Positions 1 to 8,997 are shown, counted from the first letter of the stretch. The stretch is 64,000 bases of DNA from a bacterium (GCA_035454885.1 DATIGE010000021.1:8897-72896), one strand, 5' to 3'. The notes: a model not told the origin generated them from the sequence alone. Translations and numbers: made by a program.

Positions 1-2211
1 AATCTTCACCGCGGTCTCAAAGCGCCGCCGCGCGTCCTCAAGGCGGCCCTCCGCCTGGGCCAGGAGGCCCGAGCGGTTTTCGATTTCACCCTGAAGGAGA
101 GGGGAACCCTCCGCCAGGGGCAGGGCCTGTTTCAGATGGCCGTCCGCCGCCGTCGGATCCCCGGCGCGTTCCAGGAGCGTTGCGAGCATGACGTGCGCCC
201 GGGCGTGGTAGTTCTTGAGGGCGGGATGACGGTCGTGGTCGCCGGTCTCGATGGATTCGCTCAGGCGCGCGAGGGCCTCCTCCGTGCGGTCGGCGGCGAA
301 AAAGGTGATGCCCGTGTAGAGGCGGTGCTTGACCGTCTCGACGCGCGTGGCGTCGTCGCCCTTGGCGGAATACCAAGCGTCGTAGGTCTTGAGGGCTTCT
401 TCATAGCGTCCGAGGCGGTAGAGGGACGGGGCCTTGTGCCCGAAGACGATGGCGCGCTCCAGGTTGGTGACCGCGAAGGGGAGCAGGCGGTCGGCGAGGG
501 CGATGGTCTCCTCGAACGCGTTTTTTCCGAAGAGAAATTCCAGGGCGCCAAGGAGCCAGGCGCGCGCCGTCTCCGCGCGTCCGGCCTCGATCGCGTGACG
601 GACGATACGGACGGCGGCGGGCCCTTGCTCCGGTTTCGGATGATCCTTCAAAAGGGCGGAGAGCCAGGCGGCGTGGGCGTCTCGCATCCCCTCGGGTCCG
701 AATGCGGTCTCGAAGGCTGTCCGGAGGCCGGGGTGGGCCAGCCGCAGGCGGTGGTGTTCCTCGCGCGCGAGCGGCGACGTGACGAGTCCCGCGGCGATCA
801 GCTCCAACTCCGACCTCGCGAGGGCCTCGCCGTCTCCCGCCCAGGCGGCCTTCAATTCTCCGGCGCTCGCCGTGCCGGTCTCGGAGACCAGGAGGGCGAA
901 GAGCCAGGAGGTCTCGGGCCGGAGCCCCGCGACGCGCGCGGCCGCCGCTTCCTGAAAGTTCTTTGGGACCGCGAAGGCCTTGGCGCCCCGCCGGTAGTGG
1001 CGGAGGGCTTCCATGAGGAGCAGAGGCCTCCCGCCCGCCTCCCGCACGATGCGATCCGCCTCGTCCTTGGGGAGGGGATCGTCCTCGGTCGCCTTCAACA
1101 CGAGCTCAAGGGCGCGCTTCTTGGGGAGATCCTTGAGGACGACGGTGGCGGCTCGAGTCTCTTCGGCGATCCGCGCGATCCACGCCTTCGTTTCTCCGTC
1201 CGCCAGGTCCGAATCGTATTCGAGAAAAATCAGGGTTTGGGACTTGAGAAGACGGCGAACCTCCAGCCCGATCGCATTCCGCTCCTCGTTCGTCGTTCTC
1301 CGATGGACGTCGGGAAAGACGCGCGCCTCGCGCCCGCGGAGCTTCAGCCGCCACAGCGTTTCCTCCAAGAGGCGCGTGCGGCCGATGCCCGTCGGGCCCG
1401 TGACGATCAGGACACGCGCCCGGTCCTCGGCCTCGCGCAGGTCTTCCTCCTCCGGTCGCGGCACCCAGGGCGCCTTCTGCAGGATGGTTTGAGTCGTCTC
1501 CTCCGTGCTCAAGGGGACGGGCGTCTTGAGATGCAGGTTGAGCGCCTTGAGCGGCCCGAGCGCGGTCGCGAAACGCTCCGAGGGATTGGCCTTCATCAGG
1601 CGTTCGAGAATTTTCGCGAAAGGTTCGGGGAGTTTCCGTCCCTTGAGGGACTCGAAGAACGACAGGCCGAGGGCATAGAGGTCGCTCTGGGCGTCGTAAC
1701 GCCCGGCCTTGGCCTCCGGAGGCCAATAGGCGGGGGTGCCGAGGCCGGGGAGCCCGAAGTCGAGGAGCTTGGCCTCGCCCGAGGCCGTGACGAGGATGTT
1801 CGCGGGCTTGAGGTCCCGGTGCAGGAATCCCCGCGAGTGCAGGTAGTGCAGGGCGCGGCAGCAGCCGGCGAAGACCTTCAGGACGGTTTCGTCGGAAGCG
1901 CCTTGGGAGGCTTGGAGGGCTTCGTCGAGGGGGAGGCCCTCGACGTGCTCCATCACGTAGGCGGGAGGCGGGCCTTCCAGAAAATTTTCGATGCCGACCA
2001 GGTTCGCGTGGGAGAGGCGGATCAGGATCTCCGCCTCCGCCTTGAAAAGGGTGACGGAGGTGGCGGCCTTCGTGTCGAGGAGCCTCTTGAGCGCCAAGGT
2101 TCGCCCGGTCTCCCGGTCACGGACGAGAAAGACCTCCCCCCGTCCCCCCCGGCCCAGGGGTTTGAGAACTTCATAGCGAGGGGGGATTCCTGCAACGGAA
2201 AGAGCCGTCAC
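1..2211 (-). CDS. Ser/Thr protein kinase fused to a P-loop (STAND/AAA-like) NTPase and helical repeat region; partial, C-terminus runs off the window start
   Basis: Own translation of the minus strand starting at GTG (rc of 2209-2211). Sequence reads VTALSVAGIPPRYEVLKPLGRGGRGEVFLV...LALKRL...HRDLKPANILV...DFGL...GTPAYWPPE, which are canonical Hanks kinase subdomains. It is followed by a degenerate Walker-A-like GPTGIGRT motif and a long helical region. An in-frame TGA 13 codons upstream precludes a longer N-terminus. The plus-strand ORF 136..2244 in the track is its antisense artefact. Confidence 0.85.
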   Translation of the reverse strand, partial: MTALSVAGIPPRYEVLKPLGRGGRGEVFLVRDRETGRTLALKRLLDTKAATSVTLFKAEAEILIRLSHANLVGIENFLEGPPPAYVMEHVEGLPLDEALQASQGASDETVLKVFAGCCRALHYLHSRGFLHRDLKPANILVTASGEAKLLDFGLPGLGTPAYWPPEAKAGRYDAQSDLYALGLSFFESLKGRKLPEPFAKILERLMKANPSERFATALGPLKALNLHLKTPVPLSTEETTQTILQKAPWVPRPEEEDLREAEDRARVLIVTGPTGIGRTRLLEETLWRLKLRGREARVFPDVHRRTTNEERNAIGLEVRRLLKSQTLIFLEYDSDLADGETKAWIARIAEETRAATVVLKDLPKKRALELVLKATEDDPLPKDEADRIVREAGGRPLLLMEALRHYRRGAKAFAVPKNFQEAAAARVAGLRPETSWLFALLVSETGTASAGELKAAWAGDGEALARSELELIAAGLVTSPLAREEHHRLRLAHPGLRTAFETAFGPEGMRDAHAAWLSALLKDHPKPEQGPAAVRIVRHAIEAGRAETARAWLLGALEFLFGKNAFEETIALADRLLPFAVTNLERAIVFGHKAPSLYRLGRYEEALKTYDAWYSAKGDDATRVETVKHRLYTGITFFAADRTEEALARLSESIETGDHDRHPALKNYHARAHVMLATLLERAGDPTAADGHLKQALPLAEGSPLLQGEIENRSGLLAQAEGRLEDARRRFETAVKI

Positions 2212-2378
2212 TCCGGAAGGATAGCCTATTTTGCAGGGGGCTGAAACTCAATTGTGCAGGATTGCAATTTTGCTGAAAGTGGACGCGAAAATATTGTCCA
2301 CGGAGTGAACGAAATCCTATGCCCCGCTGCCTTTTGCCTCAACTTTGAAGGTGATCGTTCGAAGACGAGGATCTCAGT

Positions 2379-3566
2379 ATGATGCGGCTCGCCCAACTCA
2401 ACTTTCCCGCGCCGGTTCTTTCGGTGCCTGTCGCGGATATCGCCCGCTCCGAATGGATGGCGGAGCGGATCGGAGAGGCCCTTTCCGTCCCGCGTCCATT
2501 CGGCCGCGCCTATCAGCGGCTGCCGGTCCCTCTCCGTCATGATGACGCCCTCCTCGAACGTCTCCACAATCTCATCGAACCGGTCGGCGACAAAGGCCTC
2601 AAGGGCAGCTACGCGGGATGGATCACCCGCGCGGCTCTGGGGGAGGCGGCCGTGCGTGCGGACGAGGCCGCCTTGGTCTCGCTCGTGGACTTTTTTTCGC
2701 AGGGCGGATCGCTCGCGGAGCTTGAGAGACGGGCGGCGCTTGTTCTAGGGCCCATGGAGCCTGGGCGGGAGCAGCGCCGTAGGCGCCTTCTTGAGAGCGA
2801 CGATCCTCTGCGGTCTTCCAAACTGGCCGAGCTGTCCGACGGACATTTCAAAATCGGCGGCGGTTCGGTCCTTCCGGAAGAAAGGCAGGCGGCGGCCTAT
2901 CTCGCGGACGCCGGAAGTCTTGCCGCGATTCGCAGGATCCGGACCGAAGGTCCTGTTTTGATGGAGGAGGGCGATGCACGGGCGCGGTACCGGCGGACGC
3001 GGGAGGTATTTGGAATCGCGCTCGGCAACCACCGGCCGGGAGACCGGTTCTGGCCGCATCAGGTGAAGAGGGCGTTTCAGGGGCTCGGCGATCCGGTTTC
3101 AGTCGCTGCGGCCGGCCGGATCGGACGGGCTTACAATCTGGTGCTTGTGCCCGACGGCGAGTTCGAGAGCCGCGTGCTCGCGCGTCGCGCCCGGGAGAGG
3201 CATCGGGACTTCCTCTCTCCCTCGACGCAGGATGCGATCTTCTTCAGCCGAAGCTCGAACGGCGGGGCGGAGCTCTACGCAAGGACGCGGCCCCTCAGTC
3301 TGCCCTGGTGTCTGGAACCGGAAGACGTCCTGAGGGCCGTCCTGGAAAATATCGTCCACGAGAACCGGCATTCCGTCGACTTCGAGGCCCGAGGGGCGCG
3401 TCCGATCGCGCCCGAAGAGCATTTCCCGCTCGAGTTCCGGGCCCACGCCGACGCCTTTCTCTGGTCGGCCCTTCAGGGCGATCCGCGGGACCTCCGCCGG
3501 TTTTCCGTGGACCACCCGCTGGGACCGGGCCTCGCGTTCCGGGACCATTTCGAATCGAATTATTAG
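2379..3566 (+). CDS. hypothetical cytoplasmic protein (395 aa), divergent from the kinase
   Basis: Clean ORF with ATG-ATG start. No recognisable domain and no signal peptide. Its stop directly abuts the stop of the convergent gene 3567..7541. Confidence 0.55.
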   Translation: MMRLAQLNFPAPVLSVPVADIARSEWMAERIGEALSVPRPFGRAYQRLPVPLRHDDALLERLHNLIEPVGDKGLKGSYAGWITRAALGEAAVRADEAALVSLVDFFSQGGSLAELERRAALVLGPMEPGREQRRRRLLESDDPLRSSKLAELSDGHFKIGGGSVLPEERQAAAYLADAGSLAAIRRIRTEGPVLMEEGDARARYRRTREVFGIALGNHRPGDRFWPHQVKRAFQGLGDPVSVAAAGRIGRAYNLVLVPDGEFESRVLARRARERHRDFLSPSTQDAIFFSRSSNGGAELYARTRPLSLPWCLEPEDVLRAVLENIVHENRHSVDFEARGARPIAPEEHFPLEFRAHADAFLWSALQGDPRDLRRFSVDHPLGPGLAFRDHFESNY

Positions 3567-6500
3567 CTATTTCCCGACCACTTGAACCTGGAAGGCCATC
3601 GGCTCGGACGGGAAGCGGTCGACGACCTTGCCGTCGCGCGTGCTCACCACGTCGCCGTTCGCCTTCAAGACGTGGCCGGCCTCGTAGTAGCCGGCATATC
3701 CGAAATCGGGCTTCCGGCCCGTCACGCGCTCGTAGGCCTGGGCGTAGTGCCGGTGCTCGATGACATGGTCGGCGGGGACGATCTTGCGGAGCTCGGCGCG
3801 GATACGGGCTTCTTGGACCAGAGCGGCCTGGATCGCCTCCGGCGACTGCGTTCCCGTCTTTCTAATGATGTCCCGCACGATCCACATCGAGTTTAGGCCC
3901 TCCGCGAAACGGCCCATGACAACCACGTCCCCGTCGCGAAGGGGTTTTTCGGGGGAGGACTTTCCTTCCGGAGCCTGGAAGATGGCTTCTTTGGCGTCAC
4001 CCAGACGGATCACCGCCGCCTCAACGGCGCCGTTCCTGACGAAGGATGCCTGGTAGCCTTCGGCAACGGGGATGAGTTCCACGCCCGCCGCATCCAGCTT
4101 CGGTGCCCCCCCGCGGACGCTGCCGTCGGCCTTCAGAAAGGCCTGCTGGACATGGAGGCGGCCGCCGGGAACGACCTGGTCCAGGCCGTAACCTTGCCGG
4201 ATCCAATCGGACATCGCCGCCTGGGCCTCCGCGTCCGCCGTCCTCTGGCCAGGGGCGCGGCCCGAGCCTTCGATGGCGACCAGGATCGTGCGGCCGTCCT
4301 GACCTCTCACGCGAACGGACTGCCCCGGCGCGGCCGAAGGAGCGGGCGCGGGAGGGTAGCCCTGGTTGCCGGCTTGGAGTGCGGCGACGTTGGCGGATTG
4401 GGGGTAGGACGGCGCGATCTCATAGGAGCGTCCGTCGGCCTCGATCACGTCGCCCGGTTTGACGGCCATTCCATTCAGCCACTCGTACGTCATCGGCCGG
4501 CCGTTGACGGTGACCCCCCCGCGTGGGGTGCCGATCGGACCGTCGAAGAGGATCAACCCCCCGTTTCGCGTCGGCGCCACGACGAGTCGCGCCGGAGAGG
4601 ACGGAGAGTCCTGGACCGCGACCGGAGTGCCGTTGGCGTTCGGGACGATCGGCTGCGGCTTGGGCCGCGAGCCGCCCCAGACCATGCCGAGGACCGGGAT
4701 GGCGAGCGCCGCCCCCGAGACCAGGAGAGCGACCGACTGCGGGACCCCGTGAGCGGTGAGAAGGCCGTACAGACCCGCCGGGCCGCTGATGCTGTAGAGA
4801 GCGTCCTGGGGCAGGAGGGGGGACGGGGCGGCCGGGGCCTTGGCGCCCGGAGCGGCGTTCGCTTTGGCCTCGGACCCGATCTCAAAGCGCAGGGTGATCG
4901 TGCGGCCCGATTCCGCGGAAACCTCGAGAACCTTCATCCTCGGATGTTCGGACGATTGAAAGGACAGCCCTTTGGCTTTCAGGGCGTCGACGACCTTCTC
5001 GTATCCTTCGATCCCGGACGTGCGGATATCAATCGTGTCCAACCTGCCGTTCTGGCGGTTCACCTGGAAACCGAACTTTTCGGGGGAGCCGTTACGCGTT
5101 TTGACGTTGGTCCTGACCTGCAGAATCGACAGATCCCTCAGGAGCTGCTGCTCGACCTTCGAATTCGCGGGGGCGGGGGCCTTGGCTTCTTTCGCGCCTT
5201 TTCCTTCAACCTTCGTGGCCTCATCGGCCGATTTTTTCACGTCGACCCTGGTGACTTCCTCGCGCTTGGCCTCCTCAACGGCGGGGGTGACGGCCTTCTT
5301 CGGAGCAACCGCCTGCTTCGCGGCCACGAGGGCCTGCGCCGGAAGCGGATCGTTCTTGGGTTCGCTTTTCACGGGCTCCGGCGCTTGTTGGGGCGCCGCG
5401 GCCTTGGCCGGGAAGACCGTCTCGAAAACCCGGGGGCCGGCCGCGTACTTGAAGTAGCCGAAGACGTCCCGGATGACGGACTGTTTGAAGCCGCCACGGG
5501 GCGCCTGCGAAAGCCCCAAGGCGTGGCCGGTCTGGTTTCCTGCGACCATGCCGCCCATCGCGAAGCTGTGAGAGAGGACGAACTGGAGGCGGGGGGATTT
5601 CGCGGCGAAGGCCTCGCCGATGGTCCGCCCGCCCGCTCCGAATCCCTTCATGAAGCCCAGCGAGATCAAATTCGCGCCGTAGGATTTCAAGAGGTGATCG
5701 GCGGAAAAGACCTGCGAGGCGTCGTGGGCCGAGGCCTGGTAGAGCGTGTTCATGCCCCACAGGGCGTTCGCCTCGGCCGCGAAACCGGCCCCGATGGCGG
5801 CGTATCGCGCCTTGGTGACGGCGATTCCCGCCTTGCGGAGGAAGCGGTAGGCCTTGAAGGTGGCGCTGCGACCGATTTTGGCGGCCCCGCCCATGATCGC
5901 CATGGCGGCCAGATCATCGGTGCCGGTGGTCCTGATCTCGTCCCAGATGAAACCGGCGATTGTCTTGTTGCCGGTCTCCAACTCCGTCATTTTTTCGCCG
6001 CACTTGGCGGCGAACGCTTCGTCGCCGGAGGTCGCCTCGAGCAAACCGTAGAGGCCGTAGGCCGTCTTCGCGGCGCCGTCCATGATCGTGAGGTGGTCGG
6101 CGTTCTCGTAAAGGTGGTTCGCGAAGTCCCCGGCCGCCTCGGCATCGCCGGACTCGAGGGCGTCGGTGTATCCGACCAGGAAGCTCACCGCGTCCAGGCG
6201 GTAGCCCGTGCCCCAGCCGGTGTTGCCGACGTCGTTCAAGAGCGTCTGCGCGGCGCCCGAGAGCCGTCCGTCCCCCTCGTCGACGACGGCCTGAAGGGCC
6301 GCCTTCAGCGTCTTGGCGTCGCCCTTGTTGAGTTTCTTTTCCACGGCGTCCAGGACGTCCCGCTGCAGGTTCCACTTGTCGTGGCAACGGCTGATGCCGG
6401 TCTCTTCGCCCCCGCTTGCCGCCCAGGTGGCGAAGCCGGCCGTGTGGCCCAGAATCGAATTGTGGTCGGAGATTTCCTGCCTTTCGCGCTCGTCGATGAA

Positions 6501-7541
6501 GTTCTTCCAGACCTCGAGCGCCTGCTTGTTCACGTCGCGGCGCCGGTCGCCCTCCATGCGCGAGACGATGGCCTCGGCCTCGGGGAAGTCCGAGCGGATC
6601 TTTTTCAATTCCACTTCGGCCGTATCGATCTCGCCCTGGGCGAGGAGGCTCAAGGCCTTGTAGAGCGGGGCGCGCTTGCTGACTTCCTCGTAGGGGCTCG
6701 ATTCCGCATAGGCGGCCGCCACGTCGTAGGACCGTGAGGCCAGGCTGTTCAGATTGGCCCGAAGCGCCTCCTGGTTCTCGGGATCATCGACGGTGACCGA
6801 CCCCAGGATCATGTAACGGTTGGCCATGGCCTCCACTCCCTCGAGGACCTGCAGGCCTTCCTCCTCGGAGGGAACGTCGGCGAGCACCAGCTCATTTTCC
6901 AGGTCTTGGAGGCTGTTGTACTGTTCCTGGATGTCGTTGTTCACGAGGACGGCCTCGTCGGCGAGCAGGAGCTGTTGAAGACCTTTCACATCCTCGGCGT
7001 CGCTCTCGTTGTCGGCGCTTCCGTCGCCGTCGGCGTCCAAGACGCTTAAGTCCATGCGGTTGGCCTGGACGCGAAGCTCGAGGACGTCTTGATCGTTGGG
7101 GTTTGTCTCCAGATACGCCGAGAAGGCCTGCGCGGCCCCGTAGCCGTTCCCGACGGCCAGGTAGGCCTTGCCCAATTGAAGGTAATAATCCTCGGTCCCG
7201 ATCGGGTCGATCTTCCCGGCCTTTTCGAGGGCCTGGACCGCGAGTTGGGGATCTTCCGTATCGGGGTTCTCGACGACGTAGGCGCCCAGGTTCACGAGCT
7301 GGAACCAATCGTCGGGCAAGTCGTACGCGGCCTGGGCGTTGTCGTTTGCGGGCTTGAAGAGGGGATGCTGGACGCCGTTGTTCCGCAGGACGACGTCGAG
7401 GGCCTGCAGCGTCACGCCCGCCAGGGGGCAGAGGCTCATTAGGGCCGCGTTCTGGGACGCGCCGATCGCCGCCTCCGCCTGCTCGGCCGCCGGTCCCGCG
7501 ATCAACGGATTCATCGCTAGAGCCAATCCCCAAATTCCCAT
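3567..7541 (-). CDS. large secreted/membrane-anchored hypothetical protein (1324 aa)
   Basis: N-terminal signal peptide (MGIWGLALAMNPLIAGPAAEQAEA). Acidic D/E-rich segments, a Lys/Ala/Pro-rich linker and one predicted TM helix (LLVSGAALAIPVLGMVWGG). Plausible RBS (aaggagg) about 8 nt upstream of the ATG. Candidate sigma-54 promoter upstream. Confidence 0.75.
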   Translation of the reverse strand: MGIWGLALAMNPLIAGPAAEQAEAAIGASQNAALMSLCPLAGVTLQALDVVLRNNGVQHPLFKPANDNAQAAYDLPDDWFQLVNLGAYVVENPDTEDPQLAVQALEKAGKIDPIGTEDYYLQLGKAYLAVGNGYGAAQAFSAYLETNPNDQDVLELRVQANRMDLSVLDADGDGSADNESDAEDVKGLQQLLLADEAVLVNNDIQEQYNSLQDLENELVLADVPSEEEGLQVLEGVEAMANRYMILGSVTVDDPENQEALRANLNSLASRSYDVAAAYAESSPYEEVSKRAPLYKALSLLAQGEIDTAEVELKKIRSDFPEAEAIVSRMEGDRRRDVNKQALEVWKNFIDERERQEISDHNSILGHTAGFATWAASGGEETGISRCHDKWNLQRDVLDAVEKKLNKGDAKTLKAALQAVVDEGDGRLSGAAQTLLNDVGNTGWGTGYRLDAVSFLVGYTDALESGDAEAAGDFANHLYENADHLTIMDGAAKTAYGLYGLLEATSGDEAFAAKCGEKMTELETGNKTIAGFIWDEIRTTGTDDLAAMAIMGGAAKIGRSATFKAYRFLRKAGIAVTKARYAAIGAGFAAEANALWGMNTLYQASAHDASQVFSADHLLKSYGANLISLGFMKGFGAGGRTIGEAFAAKSPRLQFVLSHSFAMGGMVAGNQTGHALGLSQAPRGGFKQSVIRDVFGYFKYAAGPRVFETVFPAKAAAPQQAPEPVKSEPKNDPLPAQALVAAKQAVAPKKAVTPAVEEAKREEVTRVDVKKSADEATKVEGKGAKEAKAPAPANSKVEQQLLRDLSILQVRTNVKTRNGSPEKFGFQVNRQNGRLDTIDIRTSGIEGYEKVVDALKAKGLSFQSSEHPRMKVLEVSAESGRTITLRFEIGSEAKANAAPGAKAPAAPSPLLPQDALYSISGPAGLYGLLTAHGVPQSVALLVSGAALAIPVLGMVWGGSRPKPQPIVPNANGTPVAVQDSPSSPARLVVAPTRNGGLILFDGPIGTPRGGVTVNGRPMTYEWLNGMAVKPGDVIEADGRSYEIAPSYPQSANVAALQAGNQGYPPAPAPSAAPGQSVRVRGQDGRTILVAIEGSGRAPGQRTADAEAQAAMSDWIRQGYGLDQVVPGGRLHVQQAFLKADGSVRGGAPKLDAAGVELIPVAEGYQASFVRNGAVEAAVIRLGDAKEAIFQAPEGKSSPEKPLRDGDVVVMGRFAEGLNSMWIVRDIIRKTGTQSPEAIQAALVQEARIRAELRKIVPADHVIEHRHYAQAYERVTGRKPDFGYAGYYEAGHVLKANGDVVSTRDGKVVDRFPSEPMAFQVQVVGK

Positions 7542-7581
7542 GTGCCGACCTCCTTATGGACGTTGTGAACAGGGAGGAAAG

Positions 7582-7599
7582 AGCAAGGTGGATGCCAAG
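7582..7599 (-). promoter_or_regulatory. candidate sigma-54 (RpoN) -24/-12 promoter for the 1324-aa gene
   Basis: The minus strand reads cTTGGCATccaccTTGCTc, i.e. GG-N10-GC with TGGCAT and TTGCT, about 42 nt upstream of the ATG. Coordinates approximate to within a few nt. Confidence 0.5.
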
Positions 7600-7633
7600 A
7601 AAAAGTGAATAAAATCAGTGTGATGACTTGAGT

Positions 7634-7670
7634 CTTGCAAACACGGTTGCAATTTTATGCAAGAATGCAG
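7634..7670 (-). promoter_or_regulatory. candidate upstream activator (enhancer-binding protein) site, TTGCA-rich
   Basis: Top strand cTTGCAAacacggTTGCAATTTTATGCAAgaatgcag. On the gene strand the proximal element is TTTGCAAGACTCAAGTC, located 35 nt upstream of the -24 TGGCAT. Confidence 0.4.
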
Positions 7671-7684
7671 TGGGCTCAGGATTC

Positions 7685-8317
7685 TTATTCGCAGGGCAGG
7701 ACAACACAGCGGATCACAATGGTTTTTCTCAGGCCGACGTAGTCGCCCAAATTCGGATTCGGCGAATAGTTCGCAGAGACGCCGTAATTTGCCTGGTACG
7801 CGCTGCCGCCGCTCTCGGGCGCTCTATAGGTCGTGGAAACATTGGTGTTGGCCGTGTATTCGTCCGTTTCCCCGGGTTCGGCGGTCGCGCTGATCTGGTC
7901 GATTGCCGTGTATTGAATCTCGCCGTCGACGTAGACGTGGACGGGGCCCGGGTTCTCCGAAGGCTCGAAGATTGTATCGGAGACCCCCGCGGCCTCGTTG
8001 ACCGTCGGAGAAGCGGGGTCCGCCAAGGACGGGTTGCCCCCCTCATTTTCTTCGGCGGGCACCTCTGCCGCGGGGACCTCTTCGACGGGAAGCTCTTCGG
8101 GGGGAACGAAACCATCGTCCGTTCCCTTGAACGGATTTTCTTCCTTCGTCGGGCCGATGATCGTCTCACGAACGGTTTCGTGGGCCTCTCCGGCGGCGGG
8201 GGATTCGGAGGCGGCGGACTCGATGGCCTCCGCAAGGTCCTGCGGCGCTCTTTGGCTCGAGCACGCGGAGGCCGAGGCGATGAGAACGAAGAGGGCTAAG
8301 GTCGTTGCATTGCGCAT
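7685..8317 (-). CDS. acidic Pro/Glu-rich lipoprotein (about 210 aa)
   Basis: Internal Met MRNATTLALFVLIASASAC|SS gives a textbook type-II signal peptide and lipobox. The longer 315-aa ORF in the track lacks any signal and overlaps the promoter, so the internal start is preferred. AGGAG RBS about 7 nt upstream. Confidence 0.65.
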   Translation of the reverse strand: MRNATTLALFVLIASASACSSQRAPQDLAEAIESAASESPAAGEAHETVRETIIGPTKEENPFKGTDDGFVPPEELPVEEVPAAEVPAEENEGGNPSLADPASPTVNEAAGVSDTIFEPSENPGPVHVYVDGEIQYTAIDQISATAEPGETDEYTANTNVSTTYRAPESGGSAYQANYGVSANYSPNPNLGDYVGLRKTIVIRCVVLPCE

Positions 8318-8342
8318 GAAATCTCCTTGTCGTGGATTTCCA

Positions 8343-8359
8343 GAGCAACCCGAGTGCCA
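8343..8359 (-). promoter_or_regulatory. candidate sigma-54 -24/-12 promoter for the lipoprotein
   Basis: The minus strand reads tTGGCACtcgggTTGCTc, a near-consensus TGGCAC-N5-TTGC, about 27 nt upstream of the ATG. Confidence 0.55.
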
Positions 8360-8396
8360 AAAAATGCCGAATGAACTCGCGCCGGCGACTTCGTTC

Positions 8397-8436
8397 TTGC
8401 AAATTCTGCATGCACTTGATGCAAAATTGTATTGCC
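8397..8436 (-). promoter_or_regulatory. candidate upstream activator site, paralogous to the one at 7634-7670
   Basis: The gene strand reads ATTTTGCATcaagtGCATGCagaaTTTGCAAGAACGAAGTC. The proximal 17-mer TTTGCAAGAACGAAGTC lies exactly 35 nt upstream of the -24 GG, the same spacing as at the neighbouring promoter. Confidence 0.4.
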
Positions 8437-8526
8437 GTCGCGTACCCGGTACGCGTCTAAGTGATTGAACGAAAAGCGATTCAAGGAGAATGCCGCGACG
8501 GCACGCGGTTTGCTCTCTCAGTGAAC

Positions 8527-8982
8527 ATGCCCGATCTCTTTCACTACACCGACTACCGCCACTACCTCCGCGACTGGGTCGCCGCCGCGCGCGCCAACAG
8601 GAAGGGATTCTCCTTCCGCATCTTTGCGGCACGGGCCGGGTTGGGCGCTCCGGGCTATTTGGGGATGGTGATCCAGGGAAAACGGAATCTGGGCGAATCC
8701 GGCCTGGAGCGGTTCATGAACGGCATGAAGTTGATGGCCGCGGAAAGGCTCTACTTCCGGAACCTCGTGCTCTGGAATCAGGCGGAGACGGATGGAGAGA
8801 GAAGCCTCTACGAGGGAAAGCTCGCCTTGCTCCGCAAGTCCCGCAAACTCAGGCCGGCGGTCGCGGACGATATCCGGGGCAGGATCGAACGTTTCCGCGG
8901 GGAGATCGCCGGCCTGCTGGCCCCCGACTTCACGCCGGAAGAGGCCGCGATGCTGGCGAGACAGTACGTGCCGGAAGAATAG
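8527..8982 (+). CDS. TIGR02147-like (Fibrobacter/Myxococcus paralogous family) hypothetical protein
   Basis: MPDLFHYTDYRHYLRDWVAAARANRKGFSFRIFAARAGL...GYLGMVIQGKRNL resembles the N-terminal signature of that family from memory. Start chosen at the internal ATG; the GTG at 8461 is the alternative. Divergent from the sigma-54 lipoprotein gene. Confidence 0.45.
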   Translation: MPDLFHYTDYRHYLRDWVAAARANRKGFSFRIFAARAGLGAPGYLGMVIQGKRNLGESGLERFMNGMKLMAAERLYFRNLVLWNQAETDGERSLYEGKLALLRKSRKLRPAVADDIRGRIERFRGEIAGLLAPDFTPEEAAMLARQYVPEE

Positions 8983-8997
8983 AACGGGGCGCCCGGG

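Noticed and set aside
136-2244. 702-aa plus-strand ORF covering the first 2.2 kb
   Set aside because: Antisense to a clearly recognisable Ser/Thr kinase on the minus strand. The product is low-complexity and Arg/Gly-rich, which is a typical high-GC artefact.
2251-2290. Sigma-54 promoter between the kinase and the divergent hypothetical gene
   Set aside because: A TTGCAATTTTGC element is present, but no GG-N10-GC core with correct spacing was found on either strand. Kept only as a possible related activator-type site.
4152-6737. 861-aa plus-strand ORF
   Set aside because: Antisense to the 1324-aa secreted-protein gene. Arg/Gly/Asp-rich with no domains. Artefact of GC-rich codon bias.
7685-8632. 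315-aa version of the lipoprotein ORF
   Set aside because: The N-terminal 105 aa are Arg-rich and lack a signal. They would overlap the sigma-54 promoter and upstream elements. The internal Met gives a perfect lipoprotein signal peptide with an RBS.
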